A stretch of 62,973 nucleotides of DNA, the filler included, from Lenisia limosa (taxonomy: Eukaryota; Protista; Breviatea), in NCBI GenBank assembly GCA_001655205.1. It is 12 parts of 12 records of this genome, joined end to end, with 100 filler letters (N's around TTAATTAATTAA, not from the genome) between each part and the next. Parts side by side here need not be neighbours in the genome. Positions count along the whole stretch, not along the records: positions 28,230 to 40,217 come from LPNZ01005997.1; positions 40,318 to 42,413 come from LPNZ01003136.1; positions 42,514 to 45,710 come from LPNZ01010753.1; positions 45,811 to 50,663 come from LPNZ01007094.1; 8 more parts are not named here. One strand, given 5' to 3'. A model generated the notes under the pieces. The model had not been told where the DNA came from and did not search any database. It saw only the letters and a program-made list of their open reading frames with translations. The position numbers and the translations under genes were made by a program. Of the stretch, positions 37,526-50,640 are shown piece after piece. Position 1 is the stretch's first letter, and every line of letters starts with the position of its first letter.

Positions 37526-39844
37526 ATGTCGCTGCGCACAGCCCTTGCTGCCTCCAGCCGCGACCATCAAGCCAATTTGCAGTATAATGAAGAAGATGAC
37601 GATTTCGAGACCCCTTACGCTGTCGCCATACCTTCCTTCCCGTCTAGCGACCCTCCTCCTAGCTACTACGGCAATGATCCCTCCTCCTCCTCTGATGACG
37701 AAGATGATGTCGTGCCAACCCGCAGTGGCATTGACGATTCTGCCGGCATTGTGCTTGCTGACAGACCTCTCCAACCGGCCAGCCCTCCACTGGTCTCAGC
37801 AGCCTCCATGCCGCCTTCAAGGCTCCAGCGCAAGGCGTTGACCNNNNNNNNNNNNNNNNNNNNNNNNNNNNNNNNNNNNNNNNNNNNNNNNNNNNNNNNN
37901 NNNNNNNNNNNNNNNNNNNNNNNNNNNNNNNNNNNNNNNNNGTAATAAGGGTAGTATTAACTAGTCTATCTTTTTTTTTCTCACAACTCTGTTTATTCAT
38001 CTTTTCTTTGTGTTTTTTAATAAGTTATTTGAGTTTATCAAACATTCAAATAGCTTTAAGCTGGGTGAAAGAGGACCCATTCGCGGTTTCTATCGTATTC
38101 TTTCACGAAGTCAGGAAAGAAGGGGGTACATTATTAATGTTCGTATGGTGTCTCTTATCGCACAATAGTTATTATGGCTAAATATGAGTGGGATTTTGAA
38201 CTTCTTTTTTCTTCAAACCAATCACTGCTGCAACAGCAAATGATTACCTCTTATCTCCAATCACCTGTTAATTTCCTCCTGTTAATTTCCTCCTGTTAAT
38301 TTCCTCCTGTTAATTTCCCCAGGCCATGACCCCTACTGTTGACGACAAAACCGTTTTCAGTGTCGCGATTCAGGTTTGTCATTTCTGATCATAAAGATCC
38401 CGCGGACTATACAATCCATAATTCAATAGATAATTTTAACCATTGGCGGTTNNNNNNNNNNNNNNNNNNNNNNNNNNNNNNNNNNNNNNNNNNNNNNNNN
38501 NNNNNNNNNNNNNNNNNNNNNNNNNNNNNNNNNNNNNNNNNNNNNNNNNNNNNNNNTGATGTTCAAGGCTTTATGCTGTCTTTGTTCGATATACTCAAAA
38601 GTCCAGGGAAACTATCGAGAGTTATTGAGACCACAGTGGAGCAAAATAATCAATCCCATCCCCTTTTTACTACCACATATTGCTTGAGCTTGCTATTGCT
38701 AGTAAATAATAAATTGATATTAAAATATATTTTCTATGATATATTCTTGAGGGTGTTTAAAGGGAGTTGACTAGGACACAGCAAGGTAGACAAAAGGCTA
38801 GCTTTTGGGGCTCTCTCTCTTTTTTATTGGCGTATCACTCACTGGTACTGTCTCTGTCATTTTCATTGTCGGTTCTTATATCCCCTTTTATCTTCTCTTC
38901 TCAATCCCTCAGATTGTATCAGCTGCAAAGGAAGAGGAACAAATTGCTCTCCGAGACGCCGCCTTGTCTTTTATTCGAATGGTCGACCATGTGGTGGGAA
39001 GGGCTTTCTTTTTTTCGAATGATTGACCATGTGGCAGAAGGGGGATGGAGAAAATGCTGTTGTATTTTCGATATATTTCTGATAGAAAAACCCCGAGTTT
39101 TTTTTCCTGGGAGTGGTTTTCTGATTTTTTACAAGGAGTTTTCCTCAACAGAAAACTCTGAGTAACAAAAGGAAGACAACCACGCGAAAAAAACGTTGGG
39201 GCATTCGAATGGAAAACACTTGAATCGGGATATTTCCACTTTTCCATTTGTCCTGAAAAAATACAGTTTTTCTGGAAAGTTATTTCCAATAAGGGTTAAT
39301 GCGTGAAAATTTTGTTCCTTTCCACTTGTTTTTTTATTTTTATTAATTCCCACCAGAATTACACCTATTATTTACGACTCTCTGAACACCCCTCAGTAGC
39401 CACACCATTTCTACAGAGGTATGTTGGTTATCCTGAGGTACCTTAAATACTGCTCTCAATTTTTTTGATACGCACTCCCACTCCCCCCCATTATCAACCG
39501 AGTTTTTTTTTTGTTGTTGTTGTGGGGGGGAGGGGTTTCCTAAAATTTCCAATTATAGGCACGCTGGAGTGCCTAGGCTTTGTTTGTTTTGTTATCAACC
39601 CTCGGGNNNNNNNNNNNNNNNNNNNNNNNNNNNNNNNNNNNNNNNNNNNNNNNNNNNNNNNNNNNNNNNNNNNNNNNNNNNNNNNNNNNNNNNNNNNNNN
39701 NNNNNNNNNNNNNNNNNNNNNNNNNNNNNCGGCCGTGTCTTACTGGAAGAGTTTGGTCCCCTGTTCTACACCCGGGTGCGTTTTGTGGCCCAATCGGCAG
39801 CATCCCGTGTCGTGCTGATGGACTTCGTGCACGCCTTGTTTGAG
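37526..39844 (+). CDS. Hypothetical membrane protein with acidic low-complexity N-terminus
   Basis: ATG at 37526 opens MSLRTALAASSRDHQANLQYNEEDDDFETPY. Later exons include the hydrophobic LAFGALSLFFIGVSLTGTVSVIFIVGSYIPFYLLFSIPQ and GRVLLEEFGPLFYTRVRFVAQSAASRVVLMDFVHALFE|gt. Confidence 0.55.
38268..38320. repeat. 14-bp tandem repeat x4 (CTGTTAATTTCCTC)
   Basis: Directly visible. Confidence 0.9.
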
Positions 39845-40928
39845 GTACGCGACTGATCTTTGATCATTAGACTCATACGCGGATTGATGTTGGGGATGCT
39901 AATAATACCTACTCTTTTTGAGTAAGGTATTTTTTTTTAAAAAAATAACTATTCATTGTATGCTGGGGAGACACGCAGAAAGCTGTGTGAACAGCGTTGT
40001 AAGCAGTGAATTTTTTTATACTATACGTGGGGCGTCTTGAAGGGTTTTGGTCTTTTCATCTTGGAGATGACTGGGACTTGGTGTGAACTCTATCTATTAT
40101 ACATATTGAGGCACGCAGAAAGTTGTGCACAGAGTTGTTAGGCAAATGATTAGGTGCATTAGTATACTATGATATACTATAATCCTATATCTCTTATAAA
40201 CGTGATGGTGTGGACGGNNNNNNNNNNNNNNNNNNNNNNNNNNNNNNNNNNNNNNNNNNNNTTAATTAATTAANNNNNNNNNNNNNNNNNNNNNNNNNNN
40301 NNNNNNNNNNNNNNNNNAGCCTGGCACTTGGGAAATAGATTCTGGTAGCCTGGTATTTGGAAAATAGATTCTGTTAGCCTGGCATTTGGGGGAAAAAAGG
40401 GTTAAAACAAAACAAACGCATCCATCCCATCACAAGGTAAAAAGGTTTCATTAATGATAAATGTCCCCTCGACAGATGATTGATAATCCTCGAAAAATTC
40501 TCGATCATACCACTTCCAACAACCCCACTCCCCACAGACACACATACCTTTCAGTAAACTTTTTTAATTACATTTGCAAGCTACTAGAAATATGAGTCAG
40601 AGCAGTGGGGGGAGGCATGGTTTATCCGATATATATGTTGACCCATATGCAAGAATAGTATAAAGTCAACCACTTATATATTAGTCCATCATACCAACGT
40701 TAAGGCTGAGTGAATTTGAAGATCACTGAGAGAAGCGCAAAAGTGAGAAACTTTTCATTCTTTCATTATTTACTACTTAGTTGTAACGTTCTTATGGAGT
40801 GGTTATGAAGGAAAGAGGCTTGTATCCCGACAAAGTAATTGTTTTTGATAAATTAAATCCTGGGGTAACGCAAAACCCGAAAGAAAAACTACTATCGACC
40901 TCGAAAAATAATTGACAAGAGTTGTAAA

Positions 40929-41002
40929 GGTCGAATGGTGTAGTTGGTTATCACGTCAGCCTAACATGCTGAAGGTCTCGGGTTCGAACCCCGGTTTGAC
41001 CT
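40929..41002 (+). tRNA. tRNA-Val(AAC)
   Basis: Cloverleaf: acceptor GGTCGAA/TTTGACC, D arm TGGTGTAGTTGGTTATCACG, anticodon arm TCAGC-CTAACAT-GCTGA, T arm TCGGG-TTCGAAC-CCCGG; a T6 Pol III terminator follows. Confidence 0.93.
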
Positions 41003-41671
41003 ACTTTTTTATTTGTCTTATTTTTGACTCGTTTTTCTCCATCCATCCAAGCATCCAAGTCTCCGTCTTCTTCCCAATAAAAGTGACACATGCAGGACAC
41101 ATGAAACTAACCGGTTGATAAAAGAGTCAAAAAGCTTGCTACTAATCAGCTCAGCTACGGTACTCCGCGGCACGATGAATTGTAGAGAAGAAACAATATT
41201 CCGCGACCGTAACGGCCTAGCACAAGAAAAATATTCGCAGGATCTCATCAGCCTCATTTCCAAGGGCTCTGATTTTGGGGTTGTGTCAGGGCTATTATTA
41301 CAGTTGTTATGATTAGGGAGGAAAGGGGTGTGGAAGGGGGATACTTGTGGGTTGAACGCCAATTCAAATCGTTTGCTTCAAAATGATATCCATATATTAT
41401 AACCATCAATGACGACACAAATTCCCTAGCTTTGCTGTTCCTTCTCTTGGCGAACAGGTGCCTGCATGATGAGTTTCTTGAGAACCAGAAAATACATAAA
41501 GAGCATAATAAAATCAATGAGATGAAGCTGCACAAACAATGTACCATAAAAAACTCTGTGTTCCAAGAAGATTTATTAAAAAGGGATTCATCCAGTGAAA
41601 GAATTAGCGCTTCACTTCTGTTTACAAAAATCAGAGCCAGAAGTGAAGCCCAAAACCGAAGCCAGCGAACC

Positions 41672-42393
41672 TTCTCGGAAAGGGTAAGGGGGGCGATCTT
41701 GGACTCGATCTCGCGCTCTCTCTTCTGGGTGTCCACGGGGCGGGCGGCACCGAAGATAGACTGAAAAGTTATTTCGATAATAGGGTGGGGGATTTCGATA
41801 ATGGAGATTGAAATTATAGAATTGGGTGGATAGATAATTCACAAAGAGGGGGTGGGAGGGGGACAATTAGGAGAAACTTGGTGACAACAACTGGCAGGAA
41901 AGCCATCCCCATCACATTGCGAAAAAGTAACAGGCTTCACTTTGTTCCCAAATTCCAAAAAGAACAGAGACTTTCATCATTATCCCTATTTTCAATACTT
42001 AATCTTGATCCAAGATTCAATACCCCAGCCCACGGAAGAGCCAGTGGAAGCGGCCGCGGCGGGGGCGTCAACGGAGCGCTTCTGGAGGTTCAGGCGGGGA
42101 CGTTCAGCGGCTGGGAGCAGTTAACACAGGTTTGAGAATTAAAACAATGCTGTTTAGAGCAAGAAGCTACCAACATACCCACACTTTATCAAAGTTTATA
42201 TAGCACATATCCCCCTCATACGAGGAGAACCGCGGCGTTCCATGTTGCCAAAGCCGGCCCTAGGGCGTAAACAAAGAATAACGATTACAAGAAATCGTAA
42301 AAAGTGTCTTGTGAGTTGGCCCGGTACCCACCTCTCGTTGTAACGGGGCTCGCGGCGCTCTTCGCGGTTCACGAACTGGCCGCTACGGGGTAA
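41672..42393 (-). CDS. eIF4B/eIF4H-like translation factor, C-terminal exons (5' truncated)
   Basis: PRLNLQKRSVDAP and SIFGAARPVDTQKREREIESKI match the eIF4B motifs RPKLNL.pRs and siFGgArPVDTa.rE.eiE; Arg/Glu/Gly-rich upstream exons; C-ending codon bias. Confidence 0.75.
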
Positions 42394-43021
42394 AAATTGC
42401 GACTGTCAATATTNNNNNNNNNNNNNNNNNNNNNNNNNNNNNNNNNNNNNNNNNNNNTTAATTAATTAANNNNNNNNNNNNNNNNNNNNNNNNNNNNNNN
42501 NNNNNNNNNNNNNTTAATGATAATAAAGGGAACAAAAATAATAATTCTGAACATCTGACGCTAGGGTGGAGAGTAAAATAGGAAAATGTATGAAACAGCA
42601 AAAACCCAAAACAACTCTGATGATCCCAGAGAAAAAGAACATAAGCGGGGGGCGGGGGGGATCAATTAATTTTGACTGAGTTTAGTGAGGAAGATTTGTG
42701 CTCACCCCCCTCGTGATGAGATAATTTAGAAAATTAGAGTTCGGAGTGGGGGTAGGGAGTGTCAGCTGAAAAAATTGATTGTTAACAAATCACTTATCAT
42801 CAAACCATAATCATCATCATAACCTCCATTATTAACTAAACAAAACACTTCCGATAAAGTTTACAATAGATTAATGGCGGAAGCAATATTATATAATTTC
42901 ACATATATAAGTACCCCGGTCTGAATGCGATCACCAGTATGAATGCGATCAGGAAGTTACATTATTTTCCCTATATCTTCGCTTTAAACACCAAAAATTT
43001 CAAAACAACTTATATTTAAAC

Positions 43022-44025
43022 TTAGAAATACCAAAATACAATAGAAACAGTTATACAGTAACACGACGGCCACGTCCGCGTCCTCGTCCACGCCCACGTC
43101 CTCTTCCAACAGGATGGATGGCTTTCTACTACTTCGTTTTCCTTACGGGCCTTTTCTTGTTGGCGCTCCTTTGCTATCTCGGCGGCAACTTGGAGACGGC
43201 GCTTGTCGTACTCTTCAGCGGTCTCAACAATTTCGATGTTGGTGCGATAAGCTGTTGTTGGAGGGGGAGAGGGTGGGATGGCAGAAATATCTTCGGTAAC
43301 AAATGGGCTTCTATACCAAGGAAGCAAAAAATGTGGCTTACGGAGAAGATGATCCGACATTTCCGCATCTGATAAGTTCTTCGCATGTTCGAGAAGAACA
43401 GCAGATTTGGTCACGTCGTTCTGGGCCGTGCCTTCCTTATAGCTACGGACAACTTTGCGAGTGGGAGAGTCATTGAGGACCGTGCTTTTCAAAGACTTGC
43501 GTTTCAATGGAGAGACGGTTCGTCAAAGATGCCTCCAATGACACGGACGGATCTCAATCTTGGGTTCGTCCGAAGTGAGTGCATTCCCAAAGATACCAGC
43601 ACGTTCAAAAGCGCATTGAACGGAAAGAGTATCAAGGGCTTGGGAAAGTGCCGAGAGTCCGGCAGCAAGAAGTAACACTCGAAGGCCAAGGGACTTGTTG
43701 CTTGTTTCAATGGGCTTTGAGATGCGGTCAAGAATTGAAGACAATTTTGACTTGAACGCCCCGAAGGTGACAAGATCGAGTGGTTGGGTGCCGTGAGAAG
43801 TGTGGGAAGGGAGAAGGAAGAGGATTATGTTCTCCTCAGCCAAGATATCGAGAGCAGGTGTGGCCGTCGGTGAACAGAAGAGCAGGAGCATCAACAGGAA
43901 GAGAACCATTTTGGCGAGAACTTCTGAACGAAAAAAGAAAAGAAAGAAAAGAAAAAAGAAAAAAGAAAATAGCTCATACTTGGATTCGAACCCTTGTGGT
44001 GAGATTTGACGCTGTTGCTGGCCAT
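43022..44025 (-). pseudogene. Truncated DDE_1 (pogo-family) transposase
   Basis: LLFTDGH in one frame is frameshifted from EENIILFLLPSHTSHGTQPLDLVTFGAFKS (family L..DGH.sH...nnI.l..lPphttH.lQPLD.gvFg.lK). In-frame TGA near 43523; no HTH domains; probable 56-nt intron at 43924-43979. Confidence 0.85.
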
Positions 44026-44371
44026 GTTGCTGTTGTTATTGACGCTAAAGGGAGTTATATAAGGCCATATGTTACGGAATAACCTACTTCTGCTTTGTAG
44101 CTCACTCCTTGAAGGTCCGTTCTAATGTTCTCTTGAAAAGAAAAGTATAAATTTTAAATGTTCAAAATCAAAGTAAAGAGGTCTATTTTTCAAAAAAATA
44201 AAGCTGATAAAGGAATTGGATGACCCCAAAGTTCGGTTCAAAATGAGTCTCTTAAATATTATTTTCTAATCTGATTTAATATACTCTCAGGATTAAAACG
44301 CTACATATTATGTCAAAAATACTTGTGTTTTTGGGATTTTAGGGATTTTATAATGAAAAAACACTAACTTC

Positions 44372-44500
44372 CTGATCGCATTCATACTGGTGATCGCATT
44401 CATACTGGTGATCGCATTTATACTGGTGATCGCATTCAGACCGGTGATCGCATTCAGACCGGTGATCGCATTCAGACCGGTGATCGCATTCAGACCGGGG
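44372..44500. repeat. 18-bp tandem array x7 (GGTGATCGCATTCA[T/G]AC[T/C]) forming the right subterminal region of the pogo element
   Basis: Seven GATCGCATT cores at 18-bp spacing; two inverted copies at 42918-42950. Confidence 0.95.
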
Positions 44501-44597
44501 TACTTATGTATAAGTTTCAAGAAATCCCATCATTTAGAGGATCTTGAAGAGAATCGGAACTTCTCATCAACAACTTAACCTAGCTCCCCACCTGCAC

Positions 44598-45645
44598 TTG
44601 TATCCTCTCCAGTTCTTTTGGATAGTGATACAGGCCACTCGCTGTTGCTGCAGTTTCTTTCGGAGCTGAAAAATGATTTAGTATTGAGAAGACATGAAAC
44701 AAGTTTATCTGGCCAAAGCCGTCTAGTCCAAACCATCACCTAATGAGCCTATCAGGTATGTAGCAGAAAACAATAAGCTTACCAGATTTGCAGCAGAAAA
44801 AAAAAAAAANNNNNNNNNNNNNNNNNNNNNNNNNNNNNNNNNNNNNNNNNNNNNNNNNNNNNNNNNNNNNNNNNNNNNNNNNNNNNNNNNNNNNNNNNNN
44901 NNNNNNNNNNNNNNNNCAAAAAAACACATCCACACACAAAACACATCCACACACAAAACACACATAAAATCAAGCAGAAAACAGAAAATAATCAGCCTAC
45001 CAGGTATCCTCGCGCAAGGGCCTGAAGCTTCTCCGCATCCCTGTGTACAGAGTCGATTTCAGCCTTAGGGGGAGAGAAACATGTTAAGGGGGTGCGTGTG
45101 AGTGTAAAGTGGATCAGATGAGGGGTGGGGAAAGAAGAGAGAATAAGGGGGTATGAGACCAAAAGAAATTGAGTAACAAGGATTGAATTAGATCAAACAT
45201 TTTGAAAATGCTCTTCTTTCTTCTAAAAATGACAACACTACAATCACACCCCCCACTCTGAAAAGGAAGGCCACCTTATGCGCGCCAACACGCCGACATC
45301 TTTCGCGCCATGCCCCTTGGATCTTCCGAACCACTGAAATAAGGGCAGCCGCGGAGATCTGCAGATCATAAATAAATAACAATGTTGAAAATTTTAGCTT
45401 CACTTCGGTTCATGATCGATATTTTACCGGTCTTATTCGGACCGAAGTGAATACAAAAACTGGAGAGAAAAAGAGGATTGTGGGTTTTGAAAGACTCACC
45501 CCCCCCCCCTTTTACACATTTACAAATTCTCATAATCCTGCCCCCTCCCCACATCATAATTAGCCAGGAGAGGCATAGCAGATCGGGTGAGATGTCCCCT
45601 AAAAAGTCGTTGTACGGTCAGTGCGGCTGTACGTCTTCGTGCCCT
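44598..45645 (-). CDS. Multi-IQ-motif protein (myosin neck-like / calmodulin-binding), partial
   Basis: Four IQ-like exons: AALTVQRLFRGHLTR, VVRKIQGAWRER, AEKLQALARGYL and ACITIQKNWRGYKCR. Confidence 0.78.
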
Positions 45646-45810
45646 CCTAATGTGTTATGGTGAGTAAAATTGAAAAATTTCTGAGTATATATATATATGT
45701 ACATGTACATNNNNNNNNNNNNNNNNNNNNNNNNNNNNNNNNNNNNNNNNNNNNTTAATTAATTAANNNNNNNNNNNNNNNNNNNNNNNNNNNNNNNNNN
45801 NNNNNNNNNN

Positions 45811-45852
45811 GGCCAAATACGCGGTCAAGGCCAAATACGCGGTCAAGGCCAA
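45811..45852. repeat. 18-bp tandem repeat at scaffold start (GGCCAAATACGCGGTCAA)
   Basis: About 2.3 units visible; truncated by the linker. Confidence 0.8.
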
Positions 45853-46449
45853 ACTCGGCCACTTATATATTTTTTGGAAAATGCGATGTTTTTTTTGCTT
45901 CTGTATTCTGTTTTTCGAATACCTATAGACAACTGTGCACAACAAAAAAAGCTACAGACAGTGTATGAAATGTCTGTTGATGTGCACATAAACAAGTTAA
46001 ATAACTATAAAAAAGCGGACCAAGTGTGGACAGTATGTCCAAAAAACAAGTGGAACAGAGCAAGTAGGATGAGAATAAACCAAGGTAGTAACTTATACGC
46101 ATTATACAGTGCCAGGATAAGTTTTGACCGATTTGCTTGTAAATCGGTCAAGACTTTTCCCGGTCACTCTATGCATAACTCTCACCCCCCAACTTGTACA
46201 TGGAATTGAAGTCTGACGCCATCTCAGCGAAAACACCCATTTTGATATGTGTTCGAATGTAGAGGGCCTGAAGGGGGGGGGGTGAAATTCCGTTGAAGTA
46301 TTACCGTAAGTATATTTTATAACACCTTTTACACACGAAATAAGGAGGCTTAGTCTTAATCACACCAAAGAAAGTCATTTTTTCCATTTACTTCCCAGTC
46401 CGTCACACCAAAAAAGGTAACTTCCCAATCCGTCACACCTTCATTGCTA

Positions 46450-48877
46450 CCTTGTCAATGTCAGCGTTCAGTCGCCGAATTCTGCGAATGTTGTCCAAAC
46501 AGTAGTGTGAGCAGGCATCGTGGACAATCCGGTTCAGACTATGAATTAAAATGAAGAATGATATACCGTGACCGGGATACGTCTTCAAGGAAATAAGTCA
46601 AGACTTATCCCGGTCGCTACATCTGCGGCAAAAAAAATACAAGTAATCCACCTTCAACCCCCCCGTCTCACGTGATCATGGATTCTTTCAAAACTCCAAG
46701 TCTGGATTGTGAGCCAAATATTCGGACATAGTGTGGAAAATGATACAAGAAAGGGAAAACATAACTGGATGATTGGATGATTCGGGTGTCAGTGAAATTA
46801 TGGCATAATATGACAAAAAAAACAGGTAATTTCTGGCAGCCAAACATCGCCTGAAACACATTGAAGTAGGGCTTCACTATTGTTCGAAAAATACCGGTAA
46901 AATATCAGACATTTTCAAAGATTTATCGAAATTCAGTCTTTTTTCGAACCAAGTGAAGCCCTAAGTGGAGAGGATAGGAAATCAAAAGAATGATAATCCC
47001 CCCCCCCCCCNNNNNNNNNNNNNNNNNNNNNNNNNNNNNNNNNNNNNNNNNNNNNNNNNNNNNNNNNCTCCTGCAGCCGATGCCGCGCTAACGGCTCGTC
47101 TTCTGGCTCTTCTGAAAAAAGGGTAATGACAAAAGAGAAAAATGGTGAGGCTCTAATTTTTCCGGTTCCACTGAGCACAAGATCAACAAATATTAGATTC
47201 GCTAAACATGTAATTCACATAAGGAAGGAAGAAAACAACGAAACAAACAAAGCCCAGTCCATTCGCTTCCGCAGCAACTTATAAAATCACTCATACTACA
47301 AAAGGGCAATTCACGTTGTGTTCTTAAGGACATTTTTTTTACAAATATGTCTGTACATATATAAAATGACCGGCAAAATATCGATATTTCTCGAGGATTT
47401 AGCGAGAATTCACTCTTTTTAGAGTGAAAGTGAAGCTATAATATCAATGATCTATCAAGAATCAAGTCATTTTTGGAACCGACAGTTTCTATACTTTTAT
47501 GTTTTTCCAATTAATTGTGAATTTATAATTCCCACAATTATAATTAAAATGCTGCCGTGTCGTAAACAATGAAAACCCTACCATAGTTCTTGAGACACGC
47601 AGCCAACACCAATCTTGAGCTCCTACAGCAGGTAAATAGGGGGCAAACGTGATAAAATAGGGGTGAACTAGGACAGGGTTGACAGAGGATACAAAAAAGG
47701 GGAGAGGGGGGGGGGGTCAAAAAGTGGCCCAATAAGGTGAAATAGTGACCAAACAAGGGATGAAAAGGATGGGGCGAAACGGAAAAGGTGGGGGAAGGGT
47801 AAAAAGGGTGTAAAATAATGGTCAAATAGTGGTGGAACAGGGGTGAAAAAAATGATTCATTAGGAAACGTGGAATAAAATCCTTGTTTCCAAAGAAATGA
47901 TACCTTGTGCTATTTACTACATAGTTTATCGGTAGTTTAATGGGTCATATTATCCATGTTTACTTGGTAGTTTTCGGTCACACTGTTTTTATATAAAATC
48001 CTGAAATTTCTTCAGTAAATCATCAAATTTCTACATGGGAGTTTTTGATCATACGATCAAAATCACAGACCTTGAGCTAGTGGCTTGGCAGCTCCTGATG
48101 TTTGTGATCGTCTCCATGAGGCTCTTCACCCTCGTTTCCCACTTCTCGTCCTTGTCCAGAAGGAAAAACACAACAATTGCCTATAAAGTAAGAATTACCT
48201 TACAATATCATAATTTGATTTTGTAATATGGTAAAATATAAACAGAGACGCCGAAAAGCCCTGGCCAGGGCTTTGTTAGTAAATAAAATGATGTCGAAAT
48301 GATGTACAAGCCCACATCCATCAAACACTATATTATTTACTAACTCTTAAGCTCACCAGTAGTCTAAGGATTAATTTAAGGTATAATCTTATATATTTGA
48401 AGGAAACCTCCAAAAATCTTATTATTCAGAAGAAACCCACTCCATTATCTATATACAACCGACAAAATTGATCGTGGACCTCTTGTCAAGCCACTTACCC
48501 CAGGTAAAACGTATTTATGCTTCCTGAGCCAAGTGGTTTTCATGATCCCGTCCAGTTGTGGCACCTGGAGGGGATGAGACTTCAAGGAAATTAGGGGGGA
48601 AAATACCTCCAAAACAGGTTCTTTGGGCTTTCTTGTGGGATAGGAGTGTTCGGGCTGGATTTCCTGATAGCGAACCAACTCCTCGCCGACCTTGAACAGT
48701 CAAACAGCCCCATGTACACAACGCCGTTACCTGTCCACTGAGAACATCTGCCTTTAGTCGGAGCTTTGAGAGGATAGGTTCCCTGTAATCAGCTAAACCA
48801 AGCTGTCTTCCTAAACCTAAGACGTGAGCCAAAGGCCTAGACCTTTCTCTCACATCAGGCGGATATGTCGACAACAT
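46450..48877 (-). CDS. Hypothetical multi-exon protein
   Basis: ATG at 48877 opens MLSTYPPDVRERSRPLAHVLGLGRQLGL; later exons SHPLQVPQLDGIMKTTWLRKHKYVLPG, LDKDEKWETRVKSLMETITNIRSCQ and LNRIVHDACSHYCLDNIRRIRRLNADIDK. Confidence 0.5.
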
Positions 48878-49066
48878 ATTACCTGATAATATATCGCTTT
48901 TCGAGTTCCGAAAAATTTATGAACGAATACGGCCGCGTAAAAATGTTTATTTGGTGAATATTCAGTATTTCCATATTTTTTGATAATTTCTCAACTAATT
49001 TGTTAGTTTAACGTGATATTTATTTTGGTAACAGCATTGATTTCAATTTAACGGGACACAGTGACA

Positions 49067-50640
49067 ATGAGCGGTGACGAATCTGTCTCTTCTAGGCGAT
49101 CTGGCAGACGCAAACAGAAGGTTTCATACATTGAAGAAGATGACGGTTGGTCACGGCGGAGTTCGTGTCCTCTTTATCTTCCATCCTCACATTGCTTTGA
49201 CTTCTCACTTACATCCTGTGTTCTACCATACAGTCTATTTCTTACCTTGATGGTGCAAAAAAGAAGGTATTATGATCAATGGTAAGTTTCTATCACTCAA
49301 TCCCCTATCACTGTTATTGGTCAGATCTTCTATCACATTCCCCTTTCCGTTATGGCAGTTGGATATAGTATCAGATATTGAGACTTCGGATGACAAGTTT
49401 TTTGAAGAAATTTCTTGATTCACTTGAAATTTTAAGTGTCGGAAATGAAGTTCTGGCTAAACTATTTCCTTCTTCAAAATAGTAAATTCTTTCTAAACTG
49501 CATGTTTTAGTTATTATTGCAATTGCAATTTCTAAAACTTTTTTTGATAACATCACTAGACAATGATGCGATGCAGCAGTTTCTCGAAACTGATGACGAT
49601 TTTGAGTCTCCTAAAGCCTCAAAAAAGAAGACTAAGAAGGCTGATCCAGTCGTAACTTGTAGGCTGGGGGTTTTTTTGTGGGAAAGGGCTAAATCATGCC
49701 AGTAAGTGTACATCATCATCATTTGTTGGTATATTCACAGTGTAATTTTAATGCCCCTCTCTTGATTCCATTTAATCTATATTTATCTATACTATACATA
49801 CTTTAGTATAGTATACATCTATTTTTTTAACTCTTTGTCGTTATCTGTTATTGGGCAAACCCGGAATTTGACGCAGCAGGCGCGGACGTGGCGCCATCGA
49901 TCCCAAAAGAATCCATTGTCAACCTTGCTCTTGGTGGGTACTGGTGTGGTTATTTTGGTTTTGTGATAGTAGTAACGTCATTCTGTTGTTTTGTGATTTA
50001 TCATAGGGGTAATCATCTTATGTGTTTTTTTCTTGAAACCCTTCTTCCTCCTACCGTTTCTTGAAACCCTTCTTCCTCCTTCCGTTTTAACCTTTTGCCT
50101 TTTCTTACACTTGGCCAACAGTTGATTCTGTGTTTCTTTTTGTTTCATAAGTGCCCCACCCCCAGCTACCTTTAATAATTCAGCTGAAAACGCTGACAAT
50201 ATAACTGCGCCATCCCCCAATCAAAACGAGGCCGTAATTGAAGATAATGATGTGGCACAGGAAGTTGTTAAAACAACAGAGAAGGAAACCCCAAAGTTGG
50301 TGGTTGAATGATTAACCGAAACATGACTTCTTCTTATCTTCTGCTCTCTCACTTTCGTTTCCAAATAAGATCAAATTCTCATAAATACTCAATAAATCTC
50401 TTTGATAAATCTTAGATAAATGATTAAATATTCGATATACAATCTCGATAAATTAGAAATAAATGAGATAGATCGTTGATAAATTAGAAGAAACAAATGA
50501 GGTACACGATAAATAGATATTTTACCCTTCTTATTGAGGGATAGTGAAGACCTTCCCAACATCATTAGGAAACCGGAAGCGGCTAATATAACCCCAAAGA
50601 AGAAAGCAAGGAAAGTGATCGATGAAGAGGATGATGAAGG
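49067..50640 (+). CDS. Charged low-complexity N-terminus of a probable nuclear protein, 3' truncated
   Basis: MSGDESVSSRRSGRRKQKVSYIEEDD / DNDAMQQFLETDDDFESPKASKKKTKK / ...TPKKKARKVIDEEDDE with canonical splice sites; divergently transcribed from the gene at 48877. Confidence 0.6.

Larger units (their letters stand above)
42910..44504. mobile_element. pogo/Tc5-like (DDE_1) DNA transposon, internally deleted, about 1.6 kb
   Basis: TA|AGTACCCCGGTCTGAATGCGATC... and ...GATCGCATTCAGACCGGGGTACT|TA; inverted identity extends through GGAAGTTA; encloses a DDE_1 remnant. Confidence 0.9.

Noticed and set aside
43975-44010. B-box GGTTCGAATCC on the minus strand (tRNA or SINE)
   Set aside because: No acceptor, D or anticodon stems and no A box can be built around it.
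44308-44578. ORFs with repeated LNAITG / VIAFRP units and a CRISPR-like look
   Set aside because: Translations of the 18-bp tandem array in the pogo TIR; there are no spacers and no cas genes.
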